Under the pieces are notes generated by a model that saw only the letters and a program-made list of their open reading frames with translations, was not told where the DNA came from and did not search any database. This document shows, in pieces, positions 1 through 14,133 of a stretch of DNA of 64,000 nucleotides (positions are counted from its first letter, which is position 1; each line of letters starts with the position of its first letter). The translations under genes were made by a program, and so were the position numbers. Origin of the DNA: the human T2T-CHM13v2.0 reference genome, Homo sapiens; NCBI RefSeq assembly GCF_009914755.1, contig NC_060926.1; one strand, written 5' to 3'.

Positions 1-69
1 TGGCCTTCGTGAACAGGGCGTCCCCAGGCCTTCCCATGCAACAGGGAATATCACACTCTAGTGAAGTCT

Positions 70-340
70 TCTGGCCCCTGCCAACCTAAGGGGAGCTCTG
101 AAGAGAAGTCTGTCCATTAGAAGAGTCCTAGGTTGGGCAGAAATTGATCAGTCATGGTATCCCCAGCCATGATCAATCATTGGCTGAGGGCCATCCAGGA
201 AGAATATGGCTTCTTCTCCAACGCTGAGGCAGGTCTTGAAGATGCTGACAGCAGAAGACGGAGTCCATCTGCTAACTGCCCTTCAATGGCAAGTTTTTTC
301 TTGAAGGAAGACTAAAGAAAACACCTCCAGAGTTGCTACA
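70..340 (-). mobile_element. ERVL LTR16C-like LTR fragment
   Basis: Reverse complement resembles the LTR16C 5' region as recalled (TGTAGCA...CTTCAAGAAAAAACTTGCC...GCAGTTAGC...CAGCCAATGA...TTTCTGCCCAAC); highly diverged. Confidence 0.55.
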
Positions 341-344
341 TCTC

Positions 345-414
345 TGGTGTGATTAGAGGTGTTCTCATAATTATCTAATCATGGTGTGATTAGAGGTGTT
401 CTCATAATTATCTA
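345..414. repeat. 33-bp perfect direct duplication (period 37)
   Basis: TGGTGTGATTAGAGGTGTTCTCATAATTATCTA at 345-377 and 382-414, spacer ATCA. Confidence 0.95.
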
Positions 415-786
415 TATTCTTGTTGTAGTTTTTATGTCCTCTCAAAGGATGTGTATTACTTGTATATTCAGAAGACCTAAATATGTATTTTATAAAAGTT
501 AACTGATCAGTTTGGCACGTTTCCCACCATACTTTGCAGTCGTTGGTGATCTTAGAGAAGATAGAGTTGCAAGAATTGACAGAAGATGAAAGGAAATAAG
601 GGAGTTGCTAGGTATCAATTCCCTGATTGGCAACATGACTATACATTACTTCCTCATAGAGTTTTTATGCTGACCACATGAGACATCTGTGTTATCTTCC
701 AGGGCCATGACTGACACATGGCAGGTTTGCAGTGTGGGGTCACAGTGCTCAGGCACCAAAACAGGAGGGCTGAGGCACTGGTGAGG

Positions 787-1208
787 TGTATTAAGTCTTT
801 CTCGCATTGCTATAAAGAAACACCTGAGACTGGGTAATTTATGAAGAAAAGAGGTTTAATTGGCTCACAGTTCTGCAGGCTGTAAAGGAAGCATGATGCT
901 GGCATCTGCTTGGCTTCTGGGGAGGCCTCAGGAAACTTACAATCATGGCAGAAAGTGAAGGGGGAGCTGGCATATCACATGGCTGGAGTAGGAGCAAGAG
1001 AGAGGAGGAACATGCCACACACTTTAAACAATCAGATCTTGTGAGAACTCATTCACTATCACGAGGACAGTACCAAGAGGATGGTGCTAAGCCATTCATG
1101 AGAAATCCACCCTCAAAATCCAATCACCTCCCACTAGGCCCCACCTCCACCATTGGGGATTACAATTCAACGTGAAATTTGGACAGGACATATATCCAAA
1201 CCATATCA
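787..1208 (-). mobile_element. MaLR solo LTR, MSTA/MSTB type
   Basis: TGTATT...CATATCA termini; AAGAAAAGAGGTTTAATTGGCTCACAGTTCTGCAGGCTGTA and GGATGGTGCTAAGCCATTCATGAG; near-TSD TGAGG/GGAGG. Confidence 0.9.
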
Positions 1209-2395
1209 GGAGGAGTCATTTACCACAATAAGAGGAGGAGCTGAAAGGGTAGTTCATGAGAAATTGAGATCAGATGAGGGCTGATCTCTGCAGATGCCTC
1301 TGGGAAGATGGAAAGAAGCTACTGAAAATAATTCTCATGACTCTGGAACAAAATTTCCCCACTGTGCTTCATCTCTCCAGAGGGCTCACCTGCATGGTAT
1401 CATGCTGATGAAGCCTCTTCTATGCTAATTACTGTGCTTCCTGCTCTCCCTGGGAAAGGGCATCACCCATTTCTACCTTCATTCTATGACCAAGGAAACC
1501 AAGGGAGAAGTGCCAAGTTATGCACCTAAGAACACACGTTAAAGAAGCTCCTGTGTTTCTTCTGTGGCAACATGGATAATGCTAGTTTTTCTTGGGTACA
1601 TAAATGGAAAATGAAAGCTGTGGGTTTTGCTTTTGTTTTTGTTTTTCTTTTGCAAGTAGGAATCTTAATGCCAAATTCAGCATCTTAGATTCTTTTCCTC
1701 CTGTTAGATATATTTTTAAATTTATTTTTAGGTATCTTGTTTTACATAATGAGTTTTAACACTCAAGATGCCCTTAAAGCTAATGGAAGTAGAAGTGTAA
1801 TTCTCAAGCTCAAAAAAAATCTGTCTTATGGAACAAATATGAAGATTAATGAGTTAATATTTACACAAAACTTTGTTTGAGAAGACTGGCAAGTAGTATT
1901 TTCAAATGAAAAGTCATAACCAGGAGTATCCTAATACCCTCTTCCATTCTGGAAGCTGGGGAATTCTTGTTTACTCATTAATTCTCAGTTAAGAAAAGCA
2001 TGGTTTACAGCTGTCATACTTCTCTAAAGTTCAAAAATTAAGTTTCCTTGGGGACTTCCCAGTGGTTCTTCAAAAGACACAATAATAGGGGAAACAGCAA
2101 TCCAGGTCTTAGCATATTTTGTTCCTCATCTAGGCCTTGCTGTCACGCACCCACAGACCTTTCACCCACCCTACTCTCCTCAGGCTTCCGTCTCTTCATC
2201 CCCAGTGACTGGGTTGGAGAGTGGATTTGAACTAGCTGAAGGTGACAAGTCCTGGGACTACCTGATGAAAGCCACAGACCTTCTTCCCCAGTAATGTGAC
2301 ACACAACATTGTCGCGGGTAGCGACTATCTGAGGCCAGTATTGTGTAGGCGGTAAAAATTTACCAAGACAGCTGTAGGTAAAGAAAGGCAGATTC

Positions 2396-2651
<256 letters not shown>

Positions 2652-2835
2652 CTCAGATTTACTAGAAAAAGTAAGTATAAAAATACGTTGCAAGGGTACA
2701 AGGAGCAAGTTAGCAAGAGAGGAGCAGACTGCAAAGAGACAAAGGCTTGCTGGAGATTTTATAGGCTGGTGCTTATGCTGTGTGCTGGGGAGGGCTTTGT
2801 CCAGTATTGGTAACATCAGGGTTGCAGTGAGCTAA

Positions 2836-3070
<235 letters not shown>

Positions 3071-3458
3071 TAACTTGCATTTTTCTGTCACCCAAGAGTC
3101 TGGTGATAAGTTGGGCGCAGAAAACAACTGAGTTATTTGTGCAGGAGGACCATGTGTCCTGGACCATGAGAAAGGGCAGATTTACAGCTTACCTGCTTTC
3201 TCTTCTTGCTTTCCCTTGGTCCCACCAGCCTGACTTCTTTTCCCTAATTAGAGCTCCACAGACATTTCACGTACAATGTCAGGAACTTGTGGAACAAGGA
3301 AAGTCCACTCTAGAATCCTTGCTAAAGGACCCCAGGTGACCTCTTAGGTCTCTGCCAACTCTTAAATGTAGTCATCCCGAGATGAAGGTGCCTCTTTGGA
3401 GGAGGAAACCAAATGTGGATGTATCAAGCTGCCAGCTGCCCCTAAAGAGTAGCCTGCC

Positions 3459-3793
<335 letters not shown>

Positions 3794-4474
3794 TCAAGTG
3801 AGACTTGTGGGGAAGAGGGCACAATGCCAGGAAAGGCTGTGGGGCTCGGCCTGCTGCCAGGCATGCTTTGTGTTCTTCTCTGAGACCACAAGTATTCCCA
3901 TGTTTTGAAATTGTTATTTCTTTTTCCTGGTGTGAGCTTGACTTTTTCCCCTCTAAATTATGCCCACCTGGCACTCTATGCACTTTGTTTTCGTAGCTAA
4001 GGCTTTCTGGTAGTCACTACCCCTGGTTCTATTCTTGAGTCCTTAACTAACTCCATGAATCCAAAGGACACTCATCAGACGTAGGTTTCAGCTGATCGTT
4101 TTACACCCGTTCTTCCTGTAAAGCAATGTAATTCCTTTAATGCAGCTCACACAGGGACACCTTGACTCACAGAGGGACTGTAGCTGATCAGACACTCTGG
4201 TACCAAAGCAGAAACACTGGCATCTCAGGGCTGTATCCTGGGTCGAAGCCTCCCGAGATGTGTTCTCCTGACCTCCTTTTTAGGCAAGACAGCTGACCCA
4301 CTCCTGGCCTTTGGCGCCTCCAGTTTTCTTGTCCCACTCTCGGTGGTTCAGAGACCTTGCAGATCCACCCCACGGTGCCTCCGCTTTCAGGGGCCCCGAT
4401 GGGGAGTGCTCCTCTAGATGGGGCTAGGGTCGCGCCCTGGGCAGACTTGACTCTGAATCAGTTGAAGTTGCAAC

Positions 4475-4850
4475 ACTGCAAATTCTTTGGGTTGCAAATA
4501 ACAAAAACCCAACTCAAGTATAAGCAAAAAGGGGGATGTATTTAAAGAATCATGAAGTGTCTCAATAACTCAACAGTAAGAATCCATCTAGGATTCAGGC
4601 ATCAATGAGCCTCAAGAAAGCTGGAGGCGGGGTGCTCTCAGGAGCCTCTCTCCCCTGTCACCACCCCACCAAGCTCCCTTCCCTTCTTTAGCCCATGTGG
4701 CAGAAACCAGTTTCGTGTTAAAACTTCAAGCACCTAAAGGAGGCTGACTTTCTCAGTTCCAAGTTCTAAAGCCCCACAAAGCACTCTTGCCCCCCTTGGG
4801 TCCGGTGATCCAGGTGAAGATCCAGCCCACAGCAGCTGCAGTGGGGTCAT
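4475..4850 (-). mobile_element. Ancient MaLR/ERVL LTR fragment (MLT1J-L/LTR33-like)
   Basis: GGTTGCAAATAACAAAAACCCAACTCAAG...AAGCAAAAAGGG, typical of old MLT1 3' ends in antisense. Confidence 0.4.
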
Positions 4851-4949
4851 AGGGTCCTCTCACGGCAGCTGTCCTGGGGAGCCAGAAGCGACACAGAGGA
4901 CAGTGAGTGAAGTTCCCAGACATGGGTGGAAAGGTGCTGGGTGTGAGGA

Positions 4950-5823
4950 CCTCCTCCTCCTTCTTCCTCCTTCCACCTCGTCCTCCCTCCTTCTCCTCCC
5001 TCCTCCTCTTCTGTCCTCCTCCCTCCTTCTCCCACCTCTCTCCTCCCCCTTCCCCCTTCTCCCCCTCATCCCCCCTCCCCCTCCCTCCTTCTCCCTCCTC
5101 GTTATCCTTCCTCCCACCTCCTCCCCTCCTCTCTCCTACTTCTCCCTTCTCATACTCCTCCCTCCTCCTTTCTCTTCATCCTCCTCCTTCTTCCTCCTCC
5201 TCCCTCCTCCTCTTCTGTCCTCCTCCCTCCTTCTCCCACCTCTCTCCTCCTCCTTCCCCCTTCTCCCCCTCATCCCCCCTCCCCCTCCCTCCTTCTCCCT
5301 CCTCGTTATCCTTCCTCCCACCTCCTCCCCTCCTCTCTCCTACTTCTCCCTTCTCATACTCCTCCCTCCTCCTTTCTCTTCATCCTCCTCCTTCTTCCTC
5401 CTCCTCCCTCCTCCTCTTCTGTCCTCCTCCCTCCTTCTCCCTCCTCTCTCCTCCTCCTCTCCCCTTCCCCCTCCTCCCTCCTGCTCCCTCCTCATCCTCC
5501 TCCCTCCTCATCCTCCTCCCTCCTCCCTCTTCATCCTCCTGCCTCCTCCCCCTCCTCCTCCCTCTTCATACTCCTCCCTCCTTCCCCCTTCTCTCTCTTC
5601 CTCCTCCCTCCTCCTCCTTTTCCCTCCTCCTCCTTCCATTCCCCTCCTCCCCACTCCTCCCTCCTCCTCTTCTTCCTCGCCCCCTCCTCCTCCCTCCTCC
5701 CCTTCTTCTCCTCCTCCCTCCTCATCCCCCTCCCCCCTCCCCCCTTCCTCCTCTTCCCCCCTCCTCCCCCCTCCTCCCTCCTCCTCCCTCTTCCTCCTCC
5801 CTCCTCTTTCTCCCTCCTCCTCC
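4950..5823. repeat. CT-rich (CCT/CTT) polypyrimidine tract containing about 2.3 copies of a 204-bp unit
   Basis: Almost purine-free plus strand; marker TCTGTCC has its G at 5013, 5217 and 5421; CCTCGTTATCC has its G at 5101 and 5305. Confidence 0.97.
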
Positions 5824-6160
5824 ACCAAGGCCCATTCCTGTTCCCCCAGCTCCCAGCTCTCCCCTGGAAGCAGAAGTTTGGCAAAGATCAACATCAGAAT
5901 GAAGGAATTCACAAAGTCAGTGAAGGAAACAACATGAAAGGACACCCTGAGACGCTGCGGCCCGTGGAGCCTTCCTGGTACCTTTCCACGCTGAGTAGGT
6001 CACACAGTTCTTAGTGTCCCAGTTACCACCTCAGTGCACACCGGCCAAAGTCCCTCCTATACCTCTGACCATCTCCATGAGCAGCCAAAGGGCCCTCCCC
6101 TAAAAATGGAAAAATGTGTTTTCTGTCACTCTGGCTTCTGCTCTAGAAAATGAAGTTCTT

Positions 6161-6590
<430 letters not shown>

Positions 6591-8337
6591 ATAATGAAGT
6601 TCTTTCCACCTTAGGTAGTTTACAGTTTCTCTGAGCAAAACAATTTCTGTACCCAGCCCGTCTTCAGTCTTGCTGGAAAAGACCTTCCAGGGTGGTGGTG
6701 GTTCTTCACGTGGTCACTGCCCGGGAGAGCCACGGCACTGCTGCTGTTACATCTAGAAATGTGTGCGCATTTCTCTAGGAAGTTCTTAGCTTTCGTCAGA
6801 GTCTCAAAATGACCCTTGTGAAGTGCCATAGACGTGGATTGGACAGGACAACCACTGCCCAGCCCCAGCCAAACTTCAATTCTAATGTGAGATAAAAACT
6901 AAGCAGGTGAACAGGCTCACACCGGGGGTCAGACAAAGGGTGCAGAGTTTTGAAGAAAATGGGGGCTAAGATGGGGGATTATACGCAGCACCCATTTCTC
7001 TGGAAGCCTCTGTAAAGGAACAACGTTTAAACTGAATGTGAAGGAGAGAGACAGCCACAGGAGGAACATTCCAGAGGAAATGGGACAAAAAAAGTCTCGA
7101 AGATGGGAAGGAATAGCACGTTTAAGGGCCAGAAAAGGCACTAGACTATAAGAGACTATGGGGCCAGGCCATGAGCTGAAGGTGGCAGATGGGAGGGGAT
7201 ATCAGGCAGGGCTGCATCCAGGTGCAGTGGGAATGCTCTGAGGGCAGCACGTGGGCCGATTTAGGTGTTCGGCGCCCTCAGGGGCTGGGTGAGAACTGAT
7301 GGGAACAGGCAAGAGCAGCCACAGGGAGACCAGTTACAGGCTGAGAGTGGCCCCGGACCACATCTGGGGGAAGGCTGGTCTAGACCTGGGGGAAAGAGAG
7401 ACAGAAAACCTGGCTGCCCACCGTCCCTTGGCTCCTCTGACACCTCTTCAAAAGCTGTCTCCGGACGCCACCTTCTCCCCAGGTCACAGCTGCCAGCCTG
7501 CTCCAGACACCCAAAAGAAAAAGGGAACATTTTGGGGAGCAGAATCGAGTTTCAAAGAAATCAGTTCCACAAGACCAGGCTTCCCCGCACCCACTGCTAC
7601 CCGCATTCCACCGCGAGCCACTGCCAAGTCCTTGTCCCCAAAGAGCACCCCCTACTGGCACTTTTCTTTCCCGAACCTTCAGTGACTCGATCTCTCCCTC
7701 ACTCTCTTTGTCTCTCTCCATAGTATTTCTGCCTCTCTCAATAGTCTCTCAATATACATATACTTGAGGATGCATCAGAGAATGTTTTTGAGAAGATTTT
7801 AATTATCTTTCATCGTCGATGACTGGTTTCATTGGTTAGCAATAATGCAAAAATTGATCAGGCAGAATATACATGCAAGAAGGACCGTGTTTTTAAAAGA
7901 TCTTTTATGCGTTGAAAATCAATGTTTAAATACATCACTTTAAGTAGGATCCCTTTGGGCCGTATTGACACACCACATCTTTATCTATGTGTCATATGAG
8001 ATCAACAGCATAACTGTCATCTCCAGGAATTTTGTAGGATAAGTGGAGAGAATTTCTTTCCCTCTTTTATTGCATATTGTTTTGTTCCAGTCTGTAAGCA
8101 CTGAAATGCCATATCATAGATGAAAAATGAACACAGCAACTTGTTCCTTCCTAGTGAGGAGGACTGTTAATAAAATGACAAGCTCTCACTTCAGTAGTGA
8201 AACGTAACAGGGGAAAGTGGCTTGATTAGCCAAGGTGCTCTTTCCTCAGCCGGGAACAATGAAGCTTTCCAAGATTATACATCTGATATTAATAAGTCCT
8301 TTTAGCATTCAAAAGAAGCACATAACACTCGGATCTA

Positions 8338-8643
8338 GGCCAGGTGCGGTGGCTCATGCCTGTAATCGCAGCCCTTTGGGAGGCCGAGGCAGGCGGATCA
8401 CTTGAGGTCAGGAGTTCGAGACTAGCCGGGTCAACACGGTGAAACCCCCATCTCTACTAAAAATAAAAAAATTATCCAGGTGTGGTGGTGGGTGCCTGTA
8501 ACACCAGCTACTCAAGAGGATGAGGCAGGAGAATCACTTGAACTCAGAGGCAGAGGTTGCAGTGAGCCAAGATCATGCCACTGCACTCCAGCCTGGGCAA
8601 TAGAGTGAGACTCCATCTCAAAACAAAACAAAACAAAACAAAT
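8338..8643 (+). mobile_element. AluS (Sx/Sz-like) with (CAAAA)n tail
   Basis: Full dimer; diverged TSD AACACTCGGATCTA/AATATTCTGATCTA. Confidence 0.95.
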
Positions 8644-9503
8644 ATTCTGATCTATTGATGGAAAATACTGTCTTGTGGTGCAAATACGTTGGTTACCTGG
8701 AAAACTTAGGCTGAAATAAAGAACATTGCTGTGTAATTATAAAATGTTTCCAGTGACTCTCCAAAAATAAATTTTCAAATTATCCTAAATTTCTCTCTCG
8801 TAATTCTGTTTTTTCCCTTCCATCTACATTTTCCTGGAATTCCACTGAAACATCAATTTAGAAAAATAGTTAGCTAACTTAAATATCAACTAATTAACTC
8901 AGCTGAATGTGAGGTTTCCTAGAGTATGGACTTCTTGTCTTCTTGGGCAAAAGGGGCCGCTCTCACTTGCCAAGGGGCACTTCTCTTTAGCTCCATTACC
9001 TATCCCACCAGACACTGGGCTTATTTCAGTACCCAGAAGTTAATTTGGCCTCTATTAAAGAAAATGAAAAGTGATTCATGAAGAGTGACTGTAGGACAAC
9101 CAAACTCAGGTGAAGTTAGTTGAGGTTCAGTGACCTCCCACAGAGTGTGCTGACCAGGACAAGGAGCAGTGGGACTCTAAACTACAACCGTGGATGCCGA
9201 ACTATCTGCAACCTGCCTTTTAGCCTGAGGGGCTGTCTGCAGAGCTGGGACTTCTGCATTCTCTGCTGGTCATAACAAGCTTCTTCCCAACCCTCATCTG
9301 TCATGCCAGCTTGGTTTTCAGAACCAGCGAGGGTCTATGAATAGTCTGTGCAGGGCTGCAATGAGCCGCTGATCTCCTCAGCTCAGGGGTGTGGACCAGC
9401 ACTGATTTCCTGTGGTCCCTTCAGGGCTAGGATGGTTCCTGCGGTGGATGTCATGGGCAGGATTTGCAGAGACTGGGCTCTGAACCGCAGGGGTCCAGGA
9501 GAG

Positions 9504-9722
9504 GTGTGGCATGCTGGGTCCAGCTTGTGACAGCTCCTGAGGGCCAATTGAAATTTTGCAGCCCAGTCTGCAAACCACTGGTAGCTTGAAATCAGCCACA
9601 GTGGAATCATTTACACTATCGAAATCAGCAAATGCTAAAATTGGGGCTTTGGATTTTTGTTTTTGTTTTTTCCATAGACCCCACCGTTGAACTATTGTTA
9701 AACATTTACCAGCATACCACTG
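9504..9722 (+). mobile_element. MER63A-like hAT-Blackjack MITE
   Basis: TGGTAGCTTGAAATCAGCCA...TTTACAC...GAAATCAGCAAATGCTA and terminus TTGTTAAACATTTACCAGCATACCACTG. Confidence 0.8.
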
Positions 9723-10022
9723 CGGCTGGGTCACAACTTGGCTACCAGGAGAACCTGACACAGACTTCGTAATTGCTTTCACAGGCTACTGGAAAGCCCA
9801 AAAAGATGGTACCGAAGGAGATGAGATTTCTCAGAAGGAAGGATGATTGAAGCCAGAGGTTATATCAGAAATATTCTTCCATTTGGCACCTGGAAACATG
9901 AGTCACTTCTGCTGCCTTTCATAGAGTAAGATGGCATAAGAGATGTCTGTGACAGCTTGAAAGACTGCATCTTCATTTTCTTTTGTTTTCAATATTGCTT
10001 CTCTGAGATTATACGGGATGGC

Positions 10023-10377
10023 TGTATTAGTCCACTTATACACTGCTGATAAAAACATAAGCAAGACTGGGAAGAAAAAGAGACTTAATTGGACTGACAG
10101 TTCCACATGGTTGAGGAGGCCTCAGAATCATGGCAGAAGGCAAAAGGCACTTCTTACATGGCGGTGGCAAGAGGGAAAATGAGGAAGATGCAAAAGCAGA
10201 AGCCCCTGATAAAACCGTCAGATCTCATGAGACTTATTCACTACTATGAGAAGAGTGTCGGGGAAACTGCCCCCATGATTCAAATTATCTCCCACCGGGT
10301 CCCTCCCACAACACGTGGGAATTACGGGAGTGCAATTCAAGATGAGATTTGGGTGGGGACACAGCCAAACCATATCA
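10023..10377 (-). mobile_element. THE1A-like solo LTR (MaLR)
   Basis: TGTATTAGTC...CCAAACCATATCA termini; GATGCAAAAGCAGAAGCCCCTGATAAAACC; perfect 5-bp TSD ATGGC. Confidence 0.93.
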
Positions 10378-10402
10378 ATGGCCTTGAAAGAAAAGTGCTT
10401 TT

Positions 10403-11552
10403 AAAGACTTAAATGTTACACCTAAAACCATAAAAACCCTAGAAGAAAACCTAGGCAATACCATTCAGGACATAGGCATGGGCAAAGACTTCATGACAAA
10501 AACACCAAAAGCAATGGCAACAAAAGCCAAAATTGACAAATGGGATCTAATTAAATGAAAGAGCTTCTGCACAGCAAAAGAAACTATCATCGGAGTGAAC
10601 AGGCAACCTACAGAATGGGAGAAAATTTTTACATTCTACCCATCTGACAAAGGGCTAATATCCAGAATCTACAAAGAACTTAAACAAATTTACAAGAAAA
10701 AAATCAAACAACCCCATCAAAAAGTGGGTGAAGGATATAAACAGACACTTCTCAAAAGAAGACATTTATGCAGCCAACAGACACATGAAAAAATGCTCAT
10801 CATCACTGGCCGTCAGAGAAATGCAAATCAAAACCACAATGAGATACCATCTCACACCAGTTAGAATGGCGATCATTAAAAGGTCAGGAAACAACAGGTG
10901 CTAGAGAGGATGTGGAGAAATAGGAACACTTTTACACTGTTGGTGGGACTGTAAACTACTTCAACCATTGTGGAAGACAGTGTGGCAATTCCTCAAGGAT
11001 CTAGAACTAGAAATACCATTTGACCCAGCCATCCCATTACTGGGTATATACCCAAAGGATTATAAATCATGCTGCTATAAAGACACATGCACACGTATGT
11101 TTATTGTGGCACTATTCACAATAGCAAAGACTTGGAACCAATCCAAATGTCCAACAATGATAGACTGGATTAAGAAAATGTGGCACATATACACCATGGA
11201 ATACTATGCATCCATAAAAAAGGATGAGTTCATGTCCTTTGTAGGGACATGAATGAAGCTGGAAACTATCATTCTGAGCAAACTATCGCAAGGACAGAAA
11301 ACCAAACACTGCATGTTCTCACTCATAGATGGGAATTGAACAATGAGAACACTTGGACACAGGATGGGGAACGTCACACACCCGGGCCTGTCTTGGGGTG
11401 GGGGAGGGGGGAGAGATAGCATTAGGAGATATAACTAATGTAAATGACTAGTTAATGGGTGCAGCACACCAACATGGCACATGTATACATATGTAACAAA
11501 GCTGCATGTTGTGCACATGTACCCTAGAACTTAAAGTATAATAATAAAAAAA
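10403..11552 (+). mobile_element. 5'-truncated L1PA (about PA4-PA6): ORF2 C-terminal remnant, 3'UTR and poly-A
   Basis: ORF track pieces 10595-10864 and 10968-11252 are disrupted L1 ORF2 (WEKIF, EIPFDPAIPLLGIYPKDYKS); ends CTTAAAGTATAATAATAAAA; approximate TSD AAAGAAAA(G)GTGC. Confidence 0.97.
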
Positions 11553-11769
11553 GGTTTTTTTAATTTTTAAAAAAAGAAAAGGTGCAGTTGAAGTAAACTG
11601 TTAATAAGGTCACTCTCTATTCCATTTCCTGGGAAAGAGGTGAATTTCTGGGTGAATGCTTAAATAACACCCAAGGTTAATTGCAGGACGGGATGATGGT
11701 GAAAATACATTAAAGACAAATATCCTGTGTTGTGCATACTCTCACTGTAGCGATACACCCAGCCCCATA

Positions 11770-12175
11770 TGGCCATGGGCCTTACAATGCAATGAATGCC
11801 CACCCTACTTCCAACCCAGTAGCTGCATCTTTTTGCCTGAGGGCTTTCTGCTAGAAAATCTAAGCCCCCAGGGAGCAACCCTCCATCAAAGACTGGCAGG
11901 ATTTAGTGTGTAAATGTCCCAGAGCCTATGCTAGGATACCTCTGAGGCATACGCCACACTGTCACGGAGAGTTCCCCAGCTCGTTGAAGGGCCAGTGTCC
12001 CACACTGTCATTGGCTTGATAATGCATCCAGTATTGGATTTCCTTCCTCTCTTCCCTATTTCACTTCCCCACTCTTTACTACTGTTTTCTAGGATTACCT
12101 CTCAAACAAACTACTGGGGCCACTCCACCCCTTCTCCACCCAAAGCCTGCATCCAGGGAAGATGGACTAAGACCA
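11770..12175 (+). mobile_element. ERVL LTR16A-like LTR
   Basis: TTTGCCTGAGGGCTTTCT...CCTTCCTCTTCCCTATTTCACTTCCCCACTC...CAAACAAACTAC...ACTAAGAC. Confidence 0.6.
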
Positions 12176-12439
12176 TCTACTCTTTCACTGAAACTTTGCT
12201 CATCCAGGGCCTGATCATTTGTGCACCCCGGTCTCCTAAAGGGACCAGGCCTGTGCTGAGATACAGTGACTGTATACTCCAGCCAGTGTTCCTCCTGCAT
12301 GGGAACTTAGGGCAGGGCATTGGTTACATCATTTAATGAGTAGTCATACCCAACTGAGGCTCCATTCAATTCTAAAGCCCTTAGTCAATTATCTGTAGGG
12401 GCCTGGGAACTGAGTGGAGAATGTGTGTCTGATGGGTTT

Positions 12440-12695
12440 TTTTAAGTTTTATTAGAGAAATTTTCAAGCATACACAAAATTAGAGTTCATTACAGCAGAA
12501 TGCACTCTTAGGTTCTCATCACCCAGCTTTAACAGTTATCGACATATAACTAATTCCTTTTTATCTATGTCCCCCATTTCCTTTTGTTGGATTATTTTAA
12601 AGTAAATTTAAGACATCACATTATTTAATTTGTAAATATTTCAATAGATATCTCCAAAAACTAAGGTCTCCTGAAAATAACAATATAAGAGCATT
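12440..12695 (-). mobile_element. Old L1M (L1MC-like) 3' fragment
   Basis: TTTTCAAGCATACACAAAA...CATCACCCAGCTTTAACAGTTATC...GATTATTTTAAAGTAAAT. Confidence 0.55.
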
Positions 12696-13825
12696 TATTA
12701 AAACACACTACTAATCATCCTTAATAGTGAAAGACTGAAAAATTTTCCCATAAAATCAGGAACAAGACAAAGATGTCTGCTCTTGCCACTTCTATTCAAC
12801 ATTGTATTGGAGGTTGTAGCCAGGGCAATTAGGCAAGAGAAAGAGAAAAAAGTCATCCAGATTGAGAAATAAGTAAAATTATCTCTATTTGTAGATGGCA
12901 TGATCTTGTACATAGAAAATTCTAAGGAATTTACCCAAAAAAATGAATGGAATTAATAAATGAATACAACAAGGTTTCAGGATACAAGATCAATATTAAA
13001 AGATCAATTATATTTCTCTACACTGAACAATGAACAATGTCAACATGAAATTTTAGAAGAAAATTCCATTTACGATAGCATAAAAATAATAAAATGTTCA
13101 GGAATGAATTTAGCAGAAGGAGGGAAAGACTTGAACACCAAAAACTATAAAATATTGCAAAAAAATTAAAGAAGACCTAAATAAATGGAAAAATAATTCC
13201 GTTTCTAATCCGTGTTTATGGACTGGAAAACTTATTATTGCTTAAGTGGAAATACTCTCCAAAACAGTCTATAAATTCGATGCAAATCTTATCAAGATCT
13301 CAGCTTCCTTTTTTACAGAAATAGAAAAACTCATCCTAAAATGCATGTGGAAATGCAAGGATCTAGAGTAGCCAAAATTATCTTTAACAATAAGAACAAA
13401 GTTGGAACACTCATACTTCCCATTTTCAAAACTTATCACAAAGGGATAGCTACGAAAATAGTGTGTTATTAGTGTGAAGACAGACATATTGGTCAATGAA
13501 ATAGAATTGAGTGTCTGGAGATAACCCCGTACATCTATGGTCCATTGATTTTTGACAAGGATGCCAAGATATTCAATGGGGAAAGACTTGTCTTTTCAAC
13601 AAATGGTGCAGGGATAGCTGGATATCTACACGAAAAAGAAAGAAGTTGGACCTGTATCTTACATCATATACAAAAATTAACTCAACATGAATCACAGACT
13701 CATATGTAAGAGCTAAAATTATAAAACTCTTAGAAAATAAATAGGAGTAAATCTTTATGACCTTCAGTTGGGCAAACGTTCTTAGATCAGACCCCAAAAG
13801 CACAAAAAACCAAAGCAAAGCTAGA

Positions 13826-14133
13826 TATATATATATATATTTTTTTTTTTTTAGATGGAGACACGCTCTGTCACCCAGGCTGGAATGCAATGGCACGATC
13901 TCCACTCACTGCAACCTCCTTCTCCCGGGCTCAAGTGATTCTCATGCCTTAGCTTCCTGGGTAGGTAAGACTACAGGTGTGTGCAACCATGCCTGGCTAA
14001 TTTTTACATTTTTAGTAGAAACAGGGTTTTGCTATATTGGCCAGACTGGTCTCAAACTCTCAGCTTTCAATGATCCACCTACCTCAGCCTCCCAAACTGC
14101 TAGGATTACAGGCATGGGCCACCACGCCTGGTC
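13826..14133 (-). mobile_element. AluS with (TA)n/poly-T tail
   Basis: Antisense full dimer; TSD AAAGCTAGATA. Confidence 0.95.

Noticed and set aside
4903-5945. 344-aa and 331-aa Pro/Ser/Leu ORFs and antisense Glu/Gly/Arg ORFs
   Set aside because: Stop codons are nearly impossible in a purine-poor CT tract; open in several frames; no domain.
10595-11252. ORFs with real protein similarity
   Set aside because: Disrupted C-terminal L1 ORF2 of a truncated element, not a host gene; the same applies to 29828-30139.
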